Positions 24,198 to 33,700 of a DNA stretch of 64,000 nt are shown here, one piece after another (the first letter of the stretch is position 1; each line of letters opens with the position of its first letter). This DNA comes from Euglena gracilis (lineage: Eukaryota), in assembly GCA_039621445.1 (NCBI GenBank), contig CP154954.1, positions 20,508,642-20,572,641 of the forward strand, read 5' to 3'. The translations under genes were made by a program, and so were the position numbers. Under the pieces are notes generated by a model that searched no databases, was not told the DNA's origin, and worked only from the letters and a program-made list of their open reading frames with translations.

Positions 24198-25356
24198 GAG
24201 GACTTTGACCTCTACCTCTACCTCTATCCAGCCCTGACTCAGCACGTACCGAGCACACACAGCACGCACCGCTGTACATGTTGTACATAGAACGCCCCAT
24301 GGAGTCCCTCAAGGATGATGTGGAATGTACATTTCTAACCCGCCGGAGCACCATGTAACGTGACCCCCCCTATTTGTCCCCCCCCCTAATTGGCCAGAGC
24401 CCAGGTGGCCAATTAGGGGGGGGGGGGTTACTCATTTTCAAGGGAAAATGCCTTTATTGGGTGTTTACGGGGGTTCGCGGCTATGAAGGACGGGGTCCAG
24501 GTGGCCAATTAGGGGGGGGGGGTTAGGGGTAACCCCCCCCTAATTGTCCCCCCCCCTAATTGGCCAGAAGGGGGGTCCGGGCCGCCCGGAGGGCGGCCAA
24601 ATAGGGGGGGGGGTGTTGGTACATAAAAAGTGCACGCCGGTATATGTATGACCCCTGATCCGCGAAAAAAAAAATCGAAACAATAGTGGTGGTGGGGCAA
24701 ATGGTTCGAAACTGTTGAATCTGGTTAATTTTTCAGAAGATTTCACCTGTGCAGCACAGCCACCTCGGGAAAAGGTGTCCCCTGACCAACCCCCTGTCCC
24801 TTGTGCTGTGTCCCGACTGCCTATAAAACAGCAGAAATGTGGTTTTTGTGGTGTTCTCATTCCCAAAAATCCAAATTGTGTGGAGCTGAACAAAGTTGTC
24901 TGTGACGCCTGCGGTTTGGCATATCATTTTCATTGCCAACATTGCGGCGGCCACCAAAGTATGGCTCTTTTTTGTGTAAAGCGTGTCGTGTTCAGTGATG
25001 TCCGCCACTCTGTCTCGTTGTGCTCCAAGGCAACCTAGCCTTCTGTCGTGTTGTAGAGTGCCCCCGACCCGCCTCACTCGTTGAGGACCACCCGGCCTCG
25101 CAACCACCCGCCGATTTTTCATGACAGCGTTTTTTGCTTTTTACTCAGGGTTGCCACAGATGCCTTCATTGAAAACGTGCCTGAGCACAGATGCCTTAAT
25201 CGAAAACGTGTCATTGCCACAGATGCCCTCATTGAAAACGTGCCTAACCACAGATGGCTTCATTGAAAATGTGTCATTGCCACAGATGCCCTCATTGAAA
25301 ACGTGTTCATGACCACGAATTTCAGGGCAGGCATTTGGCGGGCTGAACACGTTTTT

Positions 25357-25830
25357 TACTACAAAAAAGAGGTGTCGGACGCCGGTTCTGTCCAAAGCCC
25401 GGCGTTCCAAACGCCGGTTCCGTCCGAAGGACGGAACCGGCGTTTGGAACGCCGGGCTTTGGACAGAACCGGCGTCCGACACCTCTTGTTTAAGCCGGCG
25501 TTTTAGAGACGCCGGGCTCAGGACAGAACCGGCGTCCCCACCCTTCGGCCAAAGGACACTCCCAGGACCAATCTCCGACCACTGATCTGCAATGTCACAC
25601 CACTTTGCACTTCACCAAATTCCGGCGATCGCGAGGGTATTTCTGGCTGTGTCAATCGTCCAGGTATAAAATCACCCCTCGATCGAAAGCTCTTTTCATC
25701 AGACGACTGGCGATCACCACCAAATTCAGCCACGTCGCCTGGAGCTCTTATTTTCTGTCAGTGGGGAATCCTAATTTCACAACTCTGGTGCCCCCCCAAG
25801 GCCCTCAGGTCGTTGATTCGAAGAGAAACA
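25357..25830 (+). mobile_element. Truncated hairpin-ended element (same family as 27551-28484)
   Basis: Perfect ~59-bp-arm hairpin with tip GTCC-GAA-GGAC, then sequence near-identical to 27657-27990. Confidence 0.8.
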
Positions 25831-26142
25831 GAAAAAACATGGCCGAAAAGGGTCCTAGGTCGGGTCGAGGGAGGGGTCACGGGGGGAACACCCCCTCTAA
25901 AGTTTTCTTTATGTGTGAAAGTATTTCCAAATCTGTGTTTTCTAGTGCAAAAAAATCATGCTTTCAAACCCCCCCCAAAAAAACAAAAAATGAATGCTGC
26001 GGAGATAAAAAATGAACTTTTTTCTAAAAAAAAATGCAAAAAATTTTTCCCCTAAGCCGTACATGACGTTTTTTTTAAAAAAACATATTTTTTCAAAAAA
26101 AAACATGTTTTTTTTTGTTTAAAAAAACAAGCCGTCAACCTT

Positions 26143-26540
26143 GGGTGCCATCCTCGGCTTTCTCTTCACGACGTGCCGGGAAGCCAACTCGCAAGGCTCA
26201 GGACAAAGCTTTGTACCACCCCATGCCGTCGAGTAAGGTTGTTGCGGTGGCAGCAGAAGAGGTGGTGGCCAGCTGTGTCAAGCGCACTCCTACATCGTGG
26301 ACATCCAAGTCTCCCTCATCCGATTTTACTACAGGAGCACCCAGGGTCCATTGGAGAAGGGCACCAAACTCTTTGGTCGGAATGAGAGTTTTCACTCCTA
26401 TTGAAGGGCATGCACATGCCCAGGCCATTGCATGCGGCCTTGTTTGGCAAGCAAACCGAACGGCGTCGGCTCCGGACAAGGATTGTTGCAGTTTCTTTTG
26501 GCACAAAACTGAGCAAATGTTTCCCCAATGTTTTTGTGAC
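26143..26540 (-). pseudogene. CRE-like retroelement fragment
   Basis: SQKHWGNICSVLCQKKLQQSLSGADAVRFACQTRPHAMAW is nearly identical to the main element. Confidence 0.85.
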
Positions 26541-27486
26541 GAGGAAACGGAGCTGCTGACCACAGGAGCGGAACGTTGCTCGGCGGTGGGAAACACAGAC
26601 GGAACATCGGTCAGGTCCTGATTTTCGACCGAGTGTTTTGCGGAATGCCCGAGCGACGGCATTCACGTATGTCTGAAAAGAGGTTGCCGAACGATTCCCT
26701 GAAACGAACAAAGTTCCCGACTGCTGCTCACGTTGAGCCACACATTGTTCAAAGACGCTCGCCTCATCGAACAACAGGCTGGGTTCCAGCTCCCATCCCG
26801 TCCAGGCAACAAAGAAAGCATCCAGCTCAGGATAAGAGGCTTGCCGATGTTGACACAGTTTGGCAAACTCCAAACAGTTGGCAACAGCAGCAAGCTCTGC
26901 ACCTACGGAGCCGGACTTTTTCTTTGTGTTGCCCTGTGCCAGCAAGGTGCCATGAAGGGGGTCAACCTTCGGCTTCTTGGCATCTTGCTGGTATACCGCG
27001 AGAGCAGCCAGGAACAGTTCCGTCCTAGGGGGAGGTGGTAAAAGACCATTCACAAAGTTAGCCGTGCGTTTCGCCATAGTGGGAGGGCTGCGGAAAAAGG
27101 GTGGGGGTGACACGTTTTCAATGAGGGCATCTGTGGCAATGACACGTTTTCAATGAAGGCATCTGTGGTTAGGCACGTTTTCAGTTTTCAATGAGGGCAT
27201 CTGTGGCAATGACACGTTTTCAATTAAGGCATCTGTGTTCAGGCACGTTTTCAATGAGGGCGCCGTTTGGGTCCGAATTTCACAAATTCGCGGTTTTGAC
27301 CCCTTGCGTGAATCATGACCACGAATTTCAGGGCAGGCATTTGGCGGGCTCTGAACACGTTTTTAAACAAATTGTGGCTGAGCCCAGATTTCAGCCTGAA
27401 AACGTGTTCAGGGGGCCCCCTTCGGGAACCCCCTGGCTGAACACGTTTTCAGGCTGAAATCTGGGCTCAGCCACAATTTGTGTATA
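26541..27486 (-). mobile_element. Hairpin-ended tyrosine-recombinase-family element, copy 3 (left end lost)
   Basis: ORF MAKRTANFVNGLLPPPP..DPLHGTLLA..LDAFFVAWTGW..TSFQTYVNAVARAF is homologous to copies 1 and 2. Terminal hairpin 27367-27482 with a CCC-TTC-GGG tip, ending GTATA. Confidence 0.8.
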
Positions 27487-27550
27487 GAAACCGTGTTTGG
27501 GCGAAGATTTACAACTTTTAACGTCTCGAAATCGGCCCAAACACGGTTTC

Positions 27551-28484
27551 TACTACAAAAAAGAGGTGGCGTTCCGGACGCCGGTTCCGTCCGAAGGACG
27601 GAACCGGCGTCCGGAACGCCAGGCTTTGGACAGAACCGGCGTCCGCCACCTCTTGTTTAAGCCGGCGTTTTAGAGACGCCGGGCTCAGGACAGAACCGGC
27701 GTCCCCAACCTTCGGCCAAAGGACACTCCCAGGACCAATCTCCGACCACTGATCTGCAATGTCACACCACTTTGCACTTCACCAAATTCCGGCGATCGCG
27801 AGGGTATTTCTGGCTGTGTCAATCGTCCAGGTATAAAATCACCCCTCGATCGAAAGCTCTTTTCATCAGACGACTGGCGATCACCACCAAATTCAGCCAC
27901 GTCGCCTGGAGCTATTTTCTGTCACTGGGGAATCCTAATTTCACAACTCTGGTGCCCCCCCAAGGCCCTCAGGTCGTTGATTCGAAGAGGAAAAACGTTT
28001 CTGTAGGGTTTATTCAGCATCTTAAAACAAAAGTCACTGAAGATTGCTACAAGTTTCGACTCAGATTCTGGCCGATCCGACCATCGCGAGCGTATCTCGG
28101 GCTGCGTGCAACGTTAGGGTACCAAGTTACCCCTCGATCGAAAGCTCTTTTCAACAGACGACCAGCGGTGCTCATCAGATCTTTCCACGCTGCACGGTAC
28201 TCTATTTCCAAATCTGGGCCGATTTTCACGAGATTTGGATATCCACCCTACTGGTCCCCAGATGGCAAAATTCATTGTCCTTGATGGTTGAAACACTCAT
28301 ACCAGCACCTTAGGGCCACTTTTGGGCACTTTTGGTGACATTTTTAGGAATGAAAATCGGACGCCGGGCTTTGGACAAAACCGGCGTTCCTAACGCCGGG
28401 CTTTAGGACAGAACCGGCGTCCGGAAAGCCCGTGGGGGGGGGACGCCGGTTCTGTCCTGAGCCCGGCGTCTCAAACGCCGGCTT
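27551..28484 (+). mobile_element. Hairpin-ended element, copy 4 (opposite orientation, no YR ORF)
   Basis: Hairpin ~27560-27656 (GTCC-GAA-GGAC tip). The adjacent segment 27659-27706 is the inverted copy of the far end 28438-28485. Confidence 0.8.
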
Positions 28485-29187
28485 AAGTGGACAACTGGCA
28501 CCACCGACAGGAGGCAGGGTTGACGTTAAAAAACAACAACAAAAAACATGTTTTTATAAAAAAAACCCGCAAAAAAACATGTTTTTTGAAAAAGCAAAAA
28601 TTGACCTTTTTCCCTGTGAAATGGCCATTTTTTGAGGAAAAAGTTCTAAAGTCATTTTTTTTGGTCATCAAAGTGACGTTTTCTTTCGTTTTCCCAGACC
28701 CTTCATCCAAAAATACTAAAATCATGGTTCATGTGAAAACCATCACCCTTTACGGACTACGAAGTTGCATGACCTTTCTCCTTTAAAAAAGATTCAAAAA
28801 AGTTTTCACCCAAACCCTCCGTGGCATTTTTTTTGTTTTTTTTATTCAAAATCATATTTTTTTAAAAAAAGACATGTTTTTTTTTGTTTCAAAAAAAACA
28901 AGCTGTCAACCTTGACAGGAGGAAGACAAAATTGCCAAGTATGGAGACCCTTGCAAGCGGCGTGGCTGGACCTTTGTTCCCTTGGTCATGGACTGCTATG
29001 AGGCATGAGTGAAGCAGGACAGGGCTTCATCTCCACATGCATCCGCCTTCTGACCAGCCAACACAACGGCTGGGAGATGCGGGGTGTGGAGGCCAATGTG
29101 TGGCAGGGAATTGGAATGGCATTGATGCGAGAGCTAGCCCGACAATTGGCTTGGGGGCAATGCCCTGAACAGCTTCTGCTGTGGTGA
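28485..29187 (+). pseudogene. CRE-like retroelement 3' fragment (REL C-terminus) interrupted by a MITE
   Basis: VDNWHHRQE|EDKIAKYGDPCKRRGWTF..LMRELARQLAWGQCPEQLL. Confidence 0.88.
28515..28914. mobile_element. hAT-like MITE, 8-bp TSD ACAGGAGG
   Basis: Ends CAGGGTTGAC...GTCAACCTTG, exact 8-bp duplication. Removal restores the retroelement reading frame. Confidence 0.88.
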
Positions 29188-30704
29188 CGTAAGTACACAT
29201 GCCCCGTACCAGTCGTAAATGGATATTCAGCCTTTCAAATGACCGTAGCGGTCTCTGCACCTTCTACCGGCCCCTGGGCTCCCTTGCAACTTGTGATTTG
29301 CCACTTCTCAAGCCAGCCCGATAAACACAATTCTCACTGAAAACTTCCACGCAAGGATGTGTCAGTGCAGGAGCCGGAGAACGCGGGAAGCACGCAGCGG
29401 GACGACGGATGACGGAAGGCAGAAGCAGCGGGCGGACGGAGCACAATGCCCTCTGTTGCTCATGTACGCTAACCACCAGGAACGCCTGGGGGCTACGGTG
29501 GCCACACGAGAAAGTGGGTTTTGCTCATTTTCAATCTCACAACGCTCACGTCAGCTGTAAATAACTCTCACCACCTACGGTGTAAATGTTGTGCATAGAA
29601 CACTCAACCGAGTCCCCTCGGGATGACGTGGAATGTATATCTCTGACCCGCCGGAGCACCATGTACACAAAAGGTGCACGCCGATTATATCTGGTTTAAT
29701 ACAGTTTTTTTTGCATTTAACTTCTCCGAGCTGTTTAAAACCCAACCCTGGCTGCACCCAAGGTAAACAGGCAAGGCCTGTGAAAACGGCCAAAGTTCGT
29801 ACGCACCCGGCCGGGGGCTGCGGTTCAGACTGTCTGTTCCTCCCCGGGGAAACCCGGGTGGCCCAGCGGGGGCTCTGGCCCCTTCTGGGTTGCACTGGAG
29901 TGTGGCGCACTGGTGTTGGGGATCGCTATCGACTGGGTCACTGGCCAGTCACCTAAACGCAGGGAGGTCGCCGTGGAGGCACCTGCGCATGGTGGCTCAA
30001 TGTACAGTCAGGCCCATGTAAGCCCACGTGAAATCAGACGAAGCTCCTTGGGGTGAGCATGGCCTCGGGAAAAAGGCGATCCATGAAAAGTGGTGAGCCC
30101 CTCCTCATCCTGAGGGTGACACGGCATGAGGAGGATGGGTGCCAGCTCCGCACGGGTGTAATCCTCGGCCTTGACGAGCCCATCTCCCCCCAGCCACGGT
30201 GAGGGGTCGGAAGGAGCAACGGTCAGGAGGGAGGTTCGGCAGCCACCCCCCCCCCCTGGTGGTCGGACCCCCTCGGCACGGCAAAATGGGGACCCCCCCC
30301 CTGGTCAGCCGACCTCCTCGGCACGGCATGCTGAACCATACCAATGAATTTTCCTTTGGGAAATTCGGGCTGTCCGCCACGGTGGACCCCGCCTGGGGGA
30401 CCAACGGTCCTCGTCAGACGTGACAAACCTCCGAGCGCCGTGTGTTGTGGGGCGCCCTTGGGGCCGAGTCCGTGGTGACGGGGAGTGTAGTTTCTCTGTC
30501 AGGTGTTGTCGCGTATGCCGGGGCAACCAACCTGTGGCCGTTTGTGAAGAAGCTTGCATCCTTTGTTCTGCAGACAGGTTGTCACCAACAACGGCTTGAA
30601 ACGCCTGCAGTATGACCTCAGAGCACGCAGCAATGCTGTCTTGATGTGTTGCTGGTTTTGTGGGAATCCCCCCGCTTCCCCCCCACAGCACAGCAGCCCC
30701 CGCC

Positions 30705-33700
30705 ATGTCCTCCACCCCAGCCGACGTCCGTGCCGCATGCCTCAAGGCGGCCCGCCCCGACGCCAACCACGGGCTGCCCCCCGCCGAGATCCGCTGAGGG
30801 CGCTGCAGGAAGGGCAGAAGGGCCTGTCAACGGCCGACAAATGGTGGCGCAAGGTTTGCGTTCTCCAGCCGCGTGTTGGATCCCGGAAACTTTAAACGCA
30901 AACAGATTTGTAAGCAAAGCACCCAAAATTTCCCCAAAGCGTGAAGGGTGTGGCTTTTCACAACGGGCGCCCTTTGAAATCTTCCAACAAAAATTCATCA
31001 ATGATGTCCGATCCCACCCCAAGAGGATCCTTGTCTGCGGGCATCCAGATCCGCCCGTAGGGGGCTAGGGGGCTGGGGGGCTGGGGGGGGGGATTGGGTG
31101 GACCCTGTTTGATTTTTTTTTTGTGCAGGCTGTGTGCAATGGTTTTCTTCATCAACACATTCTCAATTTTTACAAAGTATTCTTGAGAGGATTATTTCAG
31201 GGGCTGGCGAAGAACAACGATGAAGAATTTTGCAGCTGTCCAGCTCATCTTGGGGAGTTGCGAGTTGAGTTGCTTTTTTGCTGCTCACTTCCTGTGCTTT
31301 CGCATGGCCCTCCCCCTTTCCATGGCTGCACATTGGGACGAAGGACGACGCCCTGAAATTGCCACTCTTGGATGATTTGAATGTGAAGCCCAGGACCACC
31401 CCCACACAGGCGGAACCCTGGGAACCTGGATATCTGGACACCACACATTCATTTATCCCTTGTGTGATCCCACCCCCTGGAGGGGGACGGGTGAGTGTAT
31501 TTTCAAAAGTGGGTGGGTGGGTTTGGACCGCTGCCCCCCCCCCCCTTGGGGTGGTGTGCGCCAGGGCAGTAGGTTGGACAGAAAATTCTTAAGGGTTTTC
31601 GGCTGATTTTCGGGCGATTTTGGGTGGCTGAGTGGGTGCTGTGGATTGGCAGGTTTTCAAAAAAAAAAGTGGGTGGATGGGTTTTTGCCCAGGAAAGTGC
31701 CAGGGGGTCATTACGTGAACAGCCCCGCCCCCTTCCTTAAGGGGCTAAGTTTTAGGTCAGAAGTTTCTTTCGGCACCTTTTTTTCAGAAGGAATTTTCCT
31801 GCACTATCCTGCTCCGTTGGAAACTCCAAGGCCAGGGCAGGGGGGACATGCAAGTTGCATAGTTTGCTTTTTTTTGCATACTGAATTTTTCTTGCATTTT
31901 TTTTGCATTTTTTTGCATTTTTTTGCATTTTTTTTTTGCATTTTTTGCATTTTTTTGCATTTTTTTTTTTGCATTGGGTATTTTGCCCCCGGTCAGCAGG
32001 GGATTATTTTTTTTCCAAGGGGAGGGTGCGAAGCAAATTGCAGAATTTTTGAAGCCCCGCCGGCCACCGCTGTGTAGGGCCTGGGTGACGGGAAGGTGGC
32101 CGTAGTGCTGGGTGGTGCTGCCGCGGACCGTGATCAATGCGGGACTGAACAAAAGCAATCCGGGGCCTGCCCAGTGGGGAACTAGCGACTTTGCATCCTG
32201 GTGGTGCTGTCCAAATCTCAATACTAAACATGCCCACAAACCCCTGTGCTCACCAACCTATCCTTAATCTCAACCTATTCTTTTGTCTCCTGTCTCTGCA
32301 CCTGCTGATAATTATTCTTCAATCTTTTTTTATTTTTCACTCCTAATTTGTAAATACTTTTCTCAAATAAATACACTTCTTCTGTGCTTCGTTTTCTTGA
32401 CCTTTGAATCAGCTATATTTCAGTCGGGCCTAATGAAAATGAAAATGACCATGCATTGAGGGGAAATGTCTGAGAGTCCAAAAAGAAAGGCCAGGGGGCC
32501 ATGTTTGAATTGAAAATTGAACCTTCTCGGTCAATTTTTGGCGCTGAAAATCATGCGGAACAATTTTATCCCCCTCCCCCTGTATATGCTAAAATACAAC
32601 TGCAGCGACACTGATACACATAAAAATGGTATTGAGGCAATAGAAGTAGGTACACGCTGCCCAAACATTCTTTTTGCCCCTCCAAAAACAGTGCCTCCAA
32701 ATCAACTCCCTGAGAGCCTAAATTCTGCCCAAATATGAGGCTCTTGGCATTGTTGGTACACATTCAGGAAATGTCGTAAGATGTGTGGGAGTGCAGAGGC
32801 AGACAACAGCTGCCCAATGATCTGTATGACTTTCCCAATGCTTCTGGTTTCAGTTCATTGGGGGCAGGCTTTTGCTTAAGGGATTGCAGTTCCCCCGGGG
32901 GGGGGGGGGGCTGGGCTGCAGCTAGTCCAAATCTGGCGAGTGGGATTTCTAGCAGACCCCCCCCGGGGGAGTCTGCTAGCAGGGCTAGCTAGTGGAAATT
33001 TTTTTTCCAGTGCCCGGCGCTTCGAATTTTTTTTGGGACCCCCAAAAATGGCCCAAAATGCCCGTTTTTGGCCATTTTTGGGAATTTTTGGAACAAAATC
33101 AGCCAAAAACCTGTTAAAAACCTCATTTTTCCAGTTCGGGGGACCCCCGGACCCCCCCCCCCCCAGGGGGGAGGGGGTCTAGCTAGTCCACTTTTTCCAG
33201 TGTCTAGCCGATTGGCTAGCCAGTGCCCCCCCCCCCCCCCCCGGGGTCCTTAAGCAAAAAGCCTGATTGGGGGGTTATTATTTCGGCCGTCAAAGTTGGA
33301 GGCGAGGTGAATGTTTTTTTGGGTGTTTTCATCGACTTTTCCCCTGCAAGTTTTTAGGAGTAAATGGGTGTCAAACAAACAAACCGGAGTTTGGTGTCAA
33401 ATGTGGTGTACTAAAGATCTCTTATTCCAAACCAACAAATAAAAAGCACGAGGAGAGCACGACCCTGCCTTGGCTCTTGGGCCCTCTTGTGAAATGCAGG
33501 GAGTCCCCCCATGTTCATCTAACCCCCCGGAAGGGGACCCAGTTATTGAAAGATTTCATTTGTTTATTTTCAATCGTGGGTTGCACCGTTGCTGGCCAGC
33601 CACTGCCTCGGACTTCTACCCCGGGAAAACTTACGTCCCGACCAGAGCGCCGCTGAAGCCCGGAGGTCCTCTGGGACCCTCAGGATCCGTCCAAGCAGTT

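Noticed and set aside
25150-25305. CRISPR-like ~30-bp repeats
   Set aside because: No spacers; these are subterminal repeats of a mobile element.
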